Source: Camelus ferus (lineage: Eukaryota). From it: a stretch of DNA of 64,000 nt. The notes under the pieces are model-generated. The model did not search any database, was not told the DNA's origin, and saw only the letters and a list, made by a program, of their open reading frames with translations. The stretch is from NCBI RefSeq assembly GCF_009834535.1, contig NC_045696.1:53508001-53572000 (forward strand), read 5' to 3'. Below, piece after piece: positions 24,426-36,435 of this stretch; position 1 is the stretch's first letter, and each line of letters opens with the position of its first letter. The position numbers were made by a program, and so were the translations under genes.

Positions 24426-25045
24426 CTGGGTCAGAGAGGAATGACCACTAGAATGCAGTCCAGACTTCAGTACCAGCAGTGGAAAATTCTGCCTATTTCA
24501 AAACTGTAGGTAATGCAAGTTGCATGTAAGACTGGCTGAAATAAGAGGGCTAGGATCTAGGTAGGGGTGCACGTGTGTGTGTATAGGTGGTGGGGAACAA
24601 GCTCAAGTTAGAGCTCTGGGAAATCTGAGTCTTGGTGGTTCCATACAGTGAAACTTTCCAGCAGTGTGATCTCTTTCATGTGTGAACGCCCTGCTCATCA
24701 GGGCAGCACAGGAAACACCACTGACGGTCCATCTCACTTATAACTTGAGCTGAAAAATATGCTCCCTATTTCTCAGTTGCTTTTCTTTTTGGCCATTATT
24801 TGTTATTTAAAAGTTAACTGTCTTTTTGAATTCTGGGAAGCAGTTGAGAGAGCCACTTTACATAAATGGATAAATAAATTAGACTGAGATACAAGTTACA
24901 TTAGACTTTTCTAGCATTTGTGACCAAAATCAAAAGATCTTAGAGAGCACTTATTGTGAGCAGCAGGCAAGTGCTATAAGCTAGGTACTCCTGTCATGCC
25001 CAGAGGTTTTGAAATTATGACTCTTGATTTATAATACCTGTGCTT

Positions 25046-25116
25046 CTATGTACAACAGCCAAGACATGGAAGCAACCTAAATGTCCATCTACAGATGACT
25101 GGGTAAAGAAGATGCG

Positions 25117-25159
<43 letters not shown>

Positions 25160-25629
25160 AATACTACTCAGCCATTAAAAAAAAGAATGAAATAATGCCA
25201 TTTGCAGCAACATGGATGGACCTGAAGATCGTCATACTAAGTGAAGTAAGCCAGAAAGAGAAAGAAAAATACCGTATGATATCACTTATATGTGGAATCT
25301 AAAGAAATGGCACAAATGAACTTATGTACAAAACAGAAACAGACTTACAGACATAGAAAACAAACTTGTGGTTACCAGGGGGGAAAGGGGGTTGGGATGG
25401 AGGGATAAATTGGGAGTTTAGGATTTGCAGATACTAACTACTATATATAAAATTGATAAACAACAAGGTCCTACTGCATAGCACAAGGAACTATATTCAA
25501 TACCTTATAATAGCCTATAATGAAAAATAATATGAAAAGAAATATATACGTATAACTGAGCCACTATGCTGTACACCAGAAATTAACGCAACATTGTAAA
25601 CCGACTATACTTCAATTAAAGAAAAACAA
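25046..25629 (+). mobile_element. 5'-truncated cetartiodactyl/camelid LINE-1 (ORF2 end + 3'UTR)
   Basis: agccaagacatggaagcaacctaaatgtccatc...gcaacatggatggacct..., then the 3'UTR and an A-rich tail. TSD core acctgtgctt at 25036-25045 and 25630-25639. Confidence 0.92.
25119..25156. repeat. (GT)19 microsatellite inside L1
   Basis: Perfect dinucleotide run. Confidence 0.95.
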
Positions 25630-26839
25630 ACCTGTGCTTTATGCCAGAGACAAGTGACAGTCTAAGAACATTCAGTACGTTGTGCAACCCAGTGGCTCTT
25701 CCAAAGAGAAATCACTAGGAGCCATGTCATCTCTCTCTCTCTCTCTTTTTTTTTTTTAAAGTGTGCTCACCTCACTCATAGGCCAGCCTTGTGACCTCAG
25801 CCGCATACAGTTTGGAGAACACTCTCCCATTGTAAACTGGTACTGTCATGCAACAAATAATAGTACCATTAGCTATTTCCATCACAAACATTTCTCTGGA
25901 GAAGGACAGCATCTCATAACTCTTTGCATCTTCCATAACCTTCCCCCCGGGGTCTTGCACAGTGTAGGTCCTAAGTAACAGGAGAAAGCCAAACCACAGG
26001 CAGGAGATAACTATAGGGAGAAACCAAAGATTATCTTCAGACTTCAACTACTTACAGTTTTGCCTAAGGTTAACCTGGGCTGGGAAAAAACACAAAGGCA
26101 GCTCAATGAGCCATTCCAGTCCTGCATTTCGCCTGAGGCACAATGAGATAACTGTTCTTCTCTTTGTAAGGCAGTGACCTTTGTGTGTGTGTGGCATTGA
26201 CCTGAAGGCATAACAAGGCTGTCAGGGATGGTGCCTCTCTTGTCGAATCACATCTCTTGGTTAAAAGAGAGGATGCCTGAAGGTAGTCGAGTGATGAGAA
26301 TGAAGACAACAGAGCTGCAGCACCCAGGAAAATATCTTGCTGCAGACATTTTCCTATCCATCTATTTACTGCCCCTTCTGGTCCACTTGTCCTGTCCTGA
26401 GAGAGAAAACAGTTGTGCTCCAGGAGGAGGGTTCCAGAGTATTAGCCAAATCCCAGTTTGAATGCTTAACAACTTAGTGTTTATTAAAAATACTCCATTT
26501 GCTACACAGAAGCACATTCATTAGACACCTGCTGGTGATGTCACCCCAAATGTCTGTTGTGGGGTCCACAGACATCTGGCAGATGCCTGCTCCAAAGCCC
26601 CACAAGTGTCCATATGCTGCCCTTTAAAGACAACAAAAAACATTCCTTTCTTAATAACCTACCTGCCTAAGCTGAACTAACTACTCTAGACAATGATCAA
26701 CCTTATGACCAGAAACCCAGTCACAACCCCCTAACAAAATCCCTAGCCCTACCCTTACACGACCCCCTCCCCTCCCTGTTACGTCCACTAAACCAATCAG
26801 AGAATTGTGAACGAGCTGATCACATACCCAGTGACCCCT

Positions 26840-27290
26840 TGGTACCTGACGTACCAAATTTTCTGACATATTTCATACCTCTCTCTCACTGCTGCCCTTG
26901 GAATCCTGATTTTCATTCTGTTCTTCAAATGCACCCGCCTCTTTAGGATTTTTGTGTCTATCCTCTCCATGGCAGCTCGATTATCAGGTCTCAATCCAGC
27001 TGATAGTTTACGTGAGAGGCCCTCCTTGAATGCCTGATCTGACTACCCCCTGCACCCCTCAGGCACTCAGTTTCTCAGGCTTCCCTTAGTGTCTGTTGTT
27101 GTCTTCAAAGCACTTAGTACAAGCTGCCCTGTTCGTTGTCTGTTCACCACTGTGCTATTTATCTTTCTCTTTGGGATCTAAGCTTCTTGAGAGCAGTGTG
27201 TCATTGAACACTGTATCCCCTACATCTGGTTTCTAGCTAAAACAATGCTTTGTAATTTGGGTACTCCATAAATATTTTTCAGATGAAGTA
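26840..27290 (+). mobile_element. L2 LINE 3' region
   Basis: ctgttcttcaaatgcacc...gagaggccctccttga...taagcttcttgagagcag...cactgtatcccc...taaatattt. Confidence 0.7.
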
Positions 27291-28302
27291 ACAAACAAGT
27301 TGACACAACTAGTTCAACTTCTCGCACTGAAAGATCGGTAACTTCCCTGAATTACTGTAGCTCTAAGAGGTTGGCCGTATGCCATACTACGAGTTAAGTG
27401 GGTAATTGTACCAACCCCTCAGTTATTTTTGCCAATGTCCAGAGCGCGAGCTGCAGTATTTGCTAGTACCAGCGTGCTGCATCAAGAGATTAGCTTTTGA
27501 GCACCATCGCACATCTCACAATCACTCCTTTAATAAACCTCAATGTAAAAGTTTTGGGCCACAAAATAAGAAGTGAATTCACAACATAACCTCCAGTGGA
27601 AAAATATTTAAGGACTACAGTGTGAAAGCCCTGTTAAAATAACTATTCTTAACACCTTTGGAAATAAAAATCTTGACATTTCTCCATGATTATGACATTC
27701 TTGTTTTATCTAGTAATTGTTAGTTGAGGAAGAAACACTAGACCTTGGGATCTGATTCAAAGGTTCAGTGTTTAATCTGAAAGAGGGGAGGCAGATAAAG
27801 AGGAAAATACAAGAAACACTCAAAAGGTTTAATACAAATACAGTGAGTGGTAACTGAATCAGGCTGAAGAAAAAGTGAAAGAAGAAAGGGAAGTCAAAGA
27901 GGGCAGAGAGAAAATCAACACTATTAATAAATTATGAACAAAATGAATTATCAGAAAATGTGAGTTAATTATGCTTGAAACTGCTAGTGAGATATACAGA
28001 AAATAAATGAAGTTCATACTAAATGTACTCATTGATACTGGTGATGATGCCCCTTTGATATTGTGTTCTCACTGTTTCTTCAATCTCTAGAATAACTAGG
28101 AAGAGTATAATCTTGTAAAAGAGGATGCTGCTAACATAAAATGGATTAGATGTGATAATATCTCAAGTTCCTCTCAACTCTACAATGTAGAGTTTGGAAA
28201 CATCTGATCTCTGCAAAATCCAAGGCAAAAATGATGCATTCCACAATCTCATCATCTTTCTTAAAGAGTAATCACATTAAAATCATTAGCAGGGCAGTTA
28301 AA

Positions 28303-28329
28303 ACACACACACACACACAAACACACACA
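28303..28329. repeat. (CA)n microsatellite
   Basis: Direct, with one interruption. Confidence 0.85.
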
Positions 28330-29164
28330 GCCTAGAAGTCACATGTACACGTGAAGACTCCAACAGATGCTACAGGGTATTCCATCACTGGTGACCTGAG
28401 ATGGATGCATAACAGTAACACTATTTTGGATTGTTTCCTCTTAATTATTATTTTATCTTATAACTTCAAAAGGATTTTTCAAAGCCAAACTTTGTTGTCA
28501 CACCATTGTAATGTTTTCTTTCTGAAGAGAAGGCTTTGCTGAGCCTAAGACTAGTGTACATAATAGATTCCTTTTGAGGGGTGCCCTTCATCTACCTCTC
28601 AAAGTCCTCTGAGAGGAAATGAAACTAGATTCCCTCTAGTTCTCCTAGATGCTGACGGCATCACAAATGTGAGGCAATGTGCGACTTGGCCGGTCAGGAT
28701 TGTTAATCCTCACAGTGATACAAGATGTAAAGTGAGTTCCTAGCACATGGGGGTCCCTCGGAGCAGAGAGAGCCATCTGGTCGCTTACCTTGAGTGAAAA
28801 ATTGGATTTGGAGCTGGAAGAGAAAAGGGGGTCCCTGGAGGAAGGAATGACCTGGGAATGAGGCATTTGTCCACATACCCGCTCATGCCCTTCTGGGAGC
28901 CTCACTTGGGTCGTAGCAGCACAAGGGGAGAAGATGAGGGAGCACACGCACGACCCGTGGGAACACTATCCCAGAGGGAAAGAAGGAGTCCAGAGACAGC
29001 ACCCGGGAAAGGCAGCTGGTGGCATGTGAAAGGAAGATTTTAAAGGGGCTTATTTAAAAGGGGATCTTAAGGTAATGAAAAAAACCTCCTAGCCTACCTT
29101 GCCACTGCCAAGGATTTAGGGCTCATTCCTTGGAAATTTAGCTCTTCTATTCCTTTCAAAAATG

Positions 29165-30965
29165 TTTTTTAAAATAATTTCAAACAAAAAAAAATTTACA
29201 ATCTAAGAATAGACCTTTTGTATACCCTGTCCCAGTTTTCCCAATATACACCACTTTGCCACTTTTTCTGTCATTAAGTTAAATAATTTAATGTTGATAT
29301 ATAGTATATATTAAATGTATACATATGCATACCTTAAATTCACAAAATTTAACAATAATACAATGCTTATTTAATCCAGAGCATATATTCCAGTTGTATT
29401 AAATGACCTAGTTAGGGGCTTTTTAGCACTTTCTCCATCCAGTATAAGATCCAGCAGTTCCTGGTTATTTACTGCATTTAGTTGGCACATCTGCTATTTC
29501 CTCTTATTTCCATTGAAGTAATATATGCCCAGTTGGAATACTTCATAAGTGATGTGTCCTTCTTAGGGTGTCATATCTGAAGGCACCTTGTCCATCCACC
29601 ATTTATTGGTGGTGTTAATTCTCATCACCAAATCAAGGAGTTGTCTATTTTTTCCACTGTGTTGTAACTAACTTTTCTTCTTGCAACTAATAAGCAATCT
29701 ATGGGGAAGCAACAGGGGATTATGCAAATATTCTGTTTCTCATCAAACTCTTCCTTTAGATTTCATATCCACTGATAATTCTTGCCTAAAATAATTTGTT
29801 CTCTGATGGTTGCAAATACTGTTTTCCCCAAATCACTATTCTCTCCACAATAATCAGTTGGCATCAGTTAGGAAGAGCCTTTCTTTCTTCCTCATTTATT
29901 TGTTTATTTACCTATTATTTATCAGTATGCATTCATTGGTTCCTATGTTATTCACTGTGTTATAATACATGACACTTCTTAATTTTGGATGCTGAAATTT
30001 CCCCACATGCCTATAATGGGAGCCCCTTCAATCTGTCTCCTTTTTTTTTTTTTTTTTTTGAGTACTTCCTAAACATTAAGATGTTCCAGGCTCATCTTAT
30101 ATCTTCCCTGCCCCAGTCTTGGACTCAGCCATGTATTCGGTTAGCCCCAGTTCTTTTCAGTGGAGAATGACATTCAGAAACCAACATCTAGGCTTTAAGT
30201 GTGCTCATTATTCCCGAAGCATCACTGCTTCTGTGCTTTCAATAGAAATATATGTTCTTAGATACCTCCAGCTCCAGTCTAACCCCAAAATGTTCTTACT
30301 TGCCTTCCCTTATTCCATATTCCCTTTTACCACCAACATCACCACATTTACTCATTTCTTCAGTCCCACAATGCATACAGATTACTTCCAGAATTGGTAC
30401 ATCCACACCACTACCAAAGACAAACAACCAAAAGGGTAAATAAGAGTTTAAGATTTGTTTGCAGTTTTTCCCTCTAGATTGAGGGAAGTCAAGGTACTGT
30501 TCACAAGACAGGTGTAGACAGTTAAAATGGGAAATTTTATTGAATGTAAATTATATCCTGATAAGTATATAATTATATTAAAATATTTGGATTAGTTCTT
30601 TGTGTTTTTTCCTTTAAGACTGTGTTCTTCATCTAAAATGGATGGGATTATTTATTTTTGATTGTAGCCAGTTATCAGTTTTCATCTTCCTATTCTTATT
30701 TTTTATTTTTGAATATTTAGAACATTAACAAACTTCCAAAAGCCCAAACTGTGCAAAAAATTATATTCAGAGAACTGTCACTTTGTCCCCTACCTCTTCT
30801 ACTTTGCTGTTCTTACCAATGCCTTGTGGAATATAAAGAATTCCTTAATTATTTGGGTTGTATCTATTGTATTTCTCTTGTAAAAGTAAGCAGATACATG
30901 CATATTTTCTTATTTCCTCTTTTTCCTTACACAAAATTTAGCATGTGATATATATGCTTTTATAG
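29165..30965 (-). mobile_element. Ancient L1MC-type LINE-1 3' region
   Basis: Antisense L1MC-like motifs: aataatttcaaac, tgcatttagttgg, taataagcaatctatgggga, atgttccaggctcatctt, ttcagaaaccaacatct. Confidence 0.75.
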
Positions 30966-31386
30966 TAACCTACCTGTAAATAAGACAAAAGACCAAAAAA
31001 ATACAAAAGATATCCTACTATGCAGGGTTTTTTACAGATACCCATTGCCTACATTAGATGAATAAAAATACAAGATGATGAGAGTTCTTATTGACTATTC
31101 TTTAATTCTGGAGATTTCTATCCAGTTTCCCAACTCAAGTATATTTGTAGATTATTTTCTTAATTGTTAGATAAGCAGGCTATATGTTACTTTTCAGTTT
31201 TATCTTCAACTACAGTTGCTCAAAATCTTCCCAGTTTCATTAAAGCAATGGTCTTTAATTTTCCCCATCACTTTTTTTTTTACCCTCCAACAAAAAATGC
31301 AATCCTGCATTGTTCCTGTTGACTTAAGTTCTATAGAACCTTCTCTTTACTCTTTACCCCTTTCTCTTGAATAACAGATTTGTCCT

Positions 31387-32107
31387 ACTGCTGGTGGGAA
31401 TGCAGTTTGGTGCAGCCACTATGGAAAACAGTGTGGAGATTCCTCAAAACACGAGGAATAGACTTACCATATGACCCAGGAATCCCACTCCTGGGCTTGT
31501 ATCCAGAAGGAACCCTACTTCAGGATGACACCTACACCCCAATGTTCATAGCAGCAGTATTTACAATAGTCAAAACATGGAAACAGCCTAAATGTCCATC
31601 AACAGGTGACTGGATGAAGAAGATGTGGTATATTTATACAATGGACTACTACTCAGCCATAAAAACCGACAACATAATGCCATTTGCAGGAACATGGATG
31701 CTCCTGGAGAAAGTCATTCTAAGTGAAGTAAGCCAGAAAGAGAAAGAAAAATACCATATGAGATCACTCATATGTAGAATCTAAAAAACCAAAACAAAAA
31801 CAAACAAACAAACAAACAAAAACAAAGCATAAATACAGGACAGAAATAGACTCATAGACAGAGAATACAGACTTGTGGTTGCCAGGGGGGTGGAGGGTGG
31901 GAAGGGATAGACTGGGATTTCAAAATTGTAGAACAGACTACACTGTATAGCACAGGGAAATATACACAAAATGTTATGATAACTCACAGAGAAAAAAATG
32001 TGACAATGAGTGTGTATATGTCCATGAATGACTGAAAAATTGTGCTGAACACTGGAATTTGACACAACATTGTAAAATGATTATAAATCAATAAAAAATG
32101 TTAAAAA
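31387..32107 (+). mobile_element. Young 5'-truncated camelid LINE-1
   Basis: ORF2 C-terminus, 3'UTR, AATAAA and a short A tail. Perfect 17-bp TSD aataacagatttgtcct at 31370-31386 and 32108-32124. Confidence 0.96.
31389..31784 (+). pseudogene. LINE-1 ORF2p C-terminal fragment (uninterrupted frame, no true start)
   Basis: [20 protein letters not shown]...PMFIAAVFTIVKTWKQPKCPS...WMKKMWYIYTMDYYSAIK... is the canonical L1 ORF2p C-terminal segment. Confidence 0.93.
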
Positions 32108-32405
32108 AATAACAGATTTGTCCTGATTTATTAGGCTCTTGCCTTCACTTGGAGGAGGTCACAGTATGCAGATTAAGGCTTCCAGTCCACAATCAATAAT
32201 CACCCCTCTATTGCCCTATAAACTTTATATTTCTCAAGATATTTTACTGTAACAGCACTATAAAGCAGAATTCATATTCTAGTAAACATTTTGGGTGGTA
32301 TGTTTGGACAAGGAACCAGGAAATATTTCCCTGAGATCCAGTTCTTTCCTTGAAGTTATTTGAACTTCCTTAAAACAAATCTGCAATTTGGGCTATGCAT
32401 GCATG

Positions 32406-33092
32406 TGTAGTATTTGTTCTTAGCTAAAGAGGGGTCTAGCCATTGTCATAGCTCCTAGGAGGTGATCTCTGAATCCATGGAATTTCCTGAGTGACAGGTG
32501 TGTCTTTGTTATTGATAGTAGGTCCCTCAACCACACCTGATAGTATTTTGTGTTAACAAGGTGACTCATAATGGGTACCTAGATAGTTTATGACTCAAGA
32601 TGAGGGCTAGCCACCCTAGAATGACCAACTATGTGATTGAAGGCTTCATGTAGGGAGTAGAGGTGAGAGGTTGGAGACTGAGTTCAACTACATAAGCAAT
32701 AATTCAATTAATCATGACTATGTAATGAAATCCCAATAAAAAGACGCCAGACACCAGCACTTGTGTCAGCTTCCCTGGTTGTGATTCTCCGTGTATTGCT
32801 GTGTATTGATGCTGAGTGGGTAACATGTCCCTGAGGACAACAGAAACTTCACAATTTGAAATGTACAATTCCTCCCTACACAGTTCTTCCTTTGAGTGGA
32901 ACTTTATATTTGTTTAGTGTAATAAAACTGTAATCATAAGTATAACACTTTCCAGAGTTATGTGAGCCATTCTAGTAAGTTATCAAACTTGAGGTTGGTC
33001 ACAGGAATCCCTGACCTTGCAGCCAGCTGGTCTGAAATGAGAGTGACCCTGAGGACCCTTGAACTATGGCTAGTGTCTTCAGTGATGGCAGT
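32406..33092 (+). mobile_element. MER21/MER77-family ERVL LTR
   Basis: gctcctaggaggtgatctct...ggagactgagttcaac...aatcatgactatgtaatgaaatcccaataaaa...gagttatgtgagccattctagtaagttatcaaac. Confidence 0.8.
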
Positions 33093-34226
33093 ATCATCAC
33101 TCAGGGGAAAGACTGCATTTTGCCTATTTGTAATATATAAAAAAGGAATTAAAATATGACCTTTAAGCTGTTTTACACGCCTAAAATTCCAATTATGTGC
33201 TACTTTCCATTTAGATTCCCATTTTCCCAATTGCTTGCTTCATCTGGAACCCGAGGAAAACAACCGATTGAAATACATACATACATACATTTGCAAATAA
33301 ACAAAATAAACAGAATGCCCATAAAGCACCATTTTGCTAATCGAGATAGAATGTACCCCCAACAATGAAACAAAGAGTCAGAGAAAAGATGCTTTGCTTC
33401 CAAATTATGTTGATGGTTTATGAGTGATATAAAATGATAAAACACATGCCTTTCAAGCATGCACCTCCCGGTATATGTGTTTCTATTAAATGACATCACC
33501 ACCGCTCTTCCAAAATTATGAGCCTTTAATTATCCCTATCCTAAAAGCAAGGGTCCATTTTCTGTCTAGTTATGACCTGCCTGTGTTAAACACTGCCCAG
33601 GACCATACTCCGTTCTGCATAATTACCTCACAGTGAAAAGTTAGCAGATAACAACAGAGAGATCTGCTTTTCTCCAAGCAATTCAAAACCTGAAAATTAA
33701 ATGTCAGCATTCACTCAGACCCAGCTCTGTTTGCTGGAATGCAGTAATTACTAAATGTAAAAAAAAAAAAAAAAAAAAAAATTAATCCAATGCATTTTTT
33801 ATTCACTGCCTCATACCTTTTCTAAACTAGTCCATCACCCAGGCAAAGAAATAAAGCACAAAATGGGAATATGTACTAGAGAGTAGGTAGTAGCTATACT
33901 AGAAAAGCTCCTTGCTAATTCCATCCCCTGCCCCAAAGTAAACCTTGCTGAGATGCTTCCAGGTGGCTCCATCAGGTGGAGCACATGTCAGGACTTCTAG
34001 GATGGCAGCCACCTCCAGGAAAAGAGGCTGTGTAAAGGAAGCGGCAGGCTGTGGGAGAAGCATCACTGAATATCACAGCAAACACTCCATAAAATAATTT
34101 TTCCTTAAAAAGGCTATCACTACAGTAAGGTTCATGCTAATTACTAACCTTTTTCAGGTTAATGTCAGTTCTAGGACTGAGGATGAAAATGACCAGCCAG
34201 CGTACTGGTCAGTACTTTTCTGAAGC

Positions 34227-34340
34227 TCATTCATTCATTTTTCCTTTCACTTATTCTATGATATTTATCGAATATTTACTATATTCTAAGCACTGTTTTA
34301 AACACTAACGATACATAATGTTTAACTAGATAGACATGTT
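34227..34340 (-). mobile_element. L2 3' end
   Basis: cattcattcatt...atatttatcgaatatttactatattctaagcactgttttaaacact. Confidence 0.6.
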
Positions 34341-34724
34341 AACACCTCCCAACTATGTAACTAGCTTATGGATTATAGAAGGTATGAGCACCCCATAAGT
34401 CAACAGGTCTGGGGAAAAGGAAACGAACAGTTGACCCTCAAAATTCCCCTGGAAATTGAAGGGTACAGAACTTTGGTTTCATGTGTAATCTCAGAGAATT
34501 GACAAGGAACTTGTGATTTCAGTGTCTTAGAGGGTCTGTATCACACTGATTTCCTTGCATCAGATGTCCTCAGTATGCACAGGCATAGTAAAAAAGCTTG
34601 AGGAATATTTCTCTACCCCTATATTTACTTAAAAAGCAAAGGGTCTTTATGGCCTCCTAGAAGGAACAATACAGGTGTTACTGATTTTTTACTTTTGAGT
34701 GTTTCTGATACAGTCTGTTCTGAA

Positions 34725-34838
34725 AGCAGTCATGAAGGTGGAGACAAGTCTATCTTATTCACTGTGTTATGCCCAGTGCCAAATAAAATGGCAGGAATGC
34801 ATCAGAAGCTCAATGACCTCTTGTGGAATGAATGAATG
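34725..34838 (+). mobile_element. L2 3' end
   Basis: catgaagg...tcttattcactgtgttatgcccagtgcc...gctcaat...ttgtggaatgaatgaatg. Confidence 0.65.
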
Positions 34839-35194
34839 GTAAAGGAGATTTAGAGGAAGGACCTGGCACATACAAAAAGGAGAAAAAAAAACTGTATTAC
34901 CTAAAATAAAGTCATTATATGTCTTTTCTCATAGCAGCTGAAGCAGCAGCTACTTCCCATGAGCCACATTATACTAAGTAGGACTTACAGGCACTAATAA
35001 ATTCAAGGCATCTTATCACAGACCTTAAGAGGAAGATGAGAGCACCGTCACTTGCAGAAGTGTCTTTGTGCAGACTCACAGGGCTGACCGAGGGGTCTGC
35101 ATTTTCCCAGAGCAGCTCTCCAGGGCTGACGCTGTGCCTCCCAGGACTCATCAGACCCACCATTTGCCGCCCACTCTGTTGGCTCAAGTGAGAA

Positions 35195-35362
35195 CAAATG
35201 GTTGAGCCAGAGGAACCCTGGGCTGTGTATCTTCAGCAACTTTGACCTTGGACAAGTCATTTCCTACTTTCCAGGCTTTTTTCCTCTGATTTTCAAAATG
35301 AAGAGCACAGATGCCAGTGGTATTTAGGGTCCCTTCAAGAACCTCAATTCTATCATTCTAAC
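35195..35362 (+). mobile_element. MIR (MIRc/MIR3-type) SINE
   Basis: tgaccttggacaagtcattt...aaaatga...ggtcccttc...ttctatcattcta. Confidence 0.65.
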
Positions 35363-36144
35363 ACCTGAGTAGAAATTTTGGATGTAAGTGGAATTTTCAT
35401 CTTAAGATTATCGTTTTGAAGAAATTTTTAAATGTAGACATTCAAAGTGACGATTACTCTGAGGTGTTTCAAAGGAAAACATATCAAATGGTAGCTTTTA
35501 ATGCCAAAAATACAGATTTCTAGAAAGTATACTGTACATACCACAGAGGGGAAGAATCCCTGGCAGAAGACGTGAAATCTTAAGAGGATGGAAAAGAATG
35601 CTCATACAACATCAAATACAAAAGAGAACTACAGAGCTGATAGAGAAAGGAGGGGAAAAAAAAGTATGTGTGGGTTGCAGGGTGGGGGGTGCTTTTCATT
35701 CTGAGTCTCCAAGACTAAAAAATGACAAACTTATGACTTAAGACATTGTAAATCAATGCACAAATTGTGGAAAATTAAAAGTGATCTTGGACTTTTAAAT
35801 AGAAGGATTTAAATATGATCTCAGTTTTCAGGAAATAGCACCTGTGGTGAGAATACAGAAATGCAAGGGAAATTTTGTGGCAACATGGTAGCAAGTATTT
35901 TGTTGAAAACAAGATGATTATTTGAAGCAGTATTACGCATATATCTCTATTATGGCATATATTACATTGCCATGTAGTGACTGTTCAAATATATTTCCTC
36001 CACTAGATCACAAGCTTCATGAGAACTGAAACTTTTTTCTCAGGACATACCATAGTTGCTAGAACAGAGTAACCCAATTTTTGTGGAATTAATGCTAAGC
36101 CAGTATTAACTACATATCAACTACTTGAATAAAAACACAAAATA

Positions 36145-36435
36145 GAGACAAAATACTATGTGATTCCACTTATCTGAAGTATCTGAAGTAGTCAAACTCA
36201 TAGGACAGAAAACAGAATGGTGGTTGCCAGGGGCTGGAGGAAGGGGTAAATGCGAAGCTGTTTTTTCAGTGGGTATCGAGTTTCAGTTTTGCAAGATGAA
36301 AAAGTTCTGGAGATCTGTTGCATAACAATTTGACTTTATTTAACACTGTTGAACTGTACACTTAAAAATGGTTAAAATGATAAATTCTGTATTATGTTTT
36401 TCAATCATAGTTAAAATTATTTTAATTATTCTCTT
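36145..36435 (+). mobile_element. L1MB-type LINE-1 3' end
   Basis: gacaaaatactatgtgattccacttat...ggtggttgccaggggctgg...gagtttcagttttgcaagatgaaaaagttctggagat...gaactgtacacttaaaaatggttaa. 13/15 direct repeat at 36130-36144 and 36436-36450. Confidence 0.9.

Noticed and set aside
26520..26830. Possible LTR fragment (ccaatcag, C-rich)
   Set aside because: No termini, poly(A) signal or family could be supported.
34142..34213. TACTAAC + ttttcag, 50-nt open segment (VNVSSRTEDENDQPAY) and CTG|GTCAGT on the plus strand
   Set aside because: The branch-point motif is only about 10 nt from the AG, the donor is weak and the peptide is not recognised.
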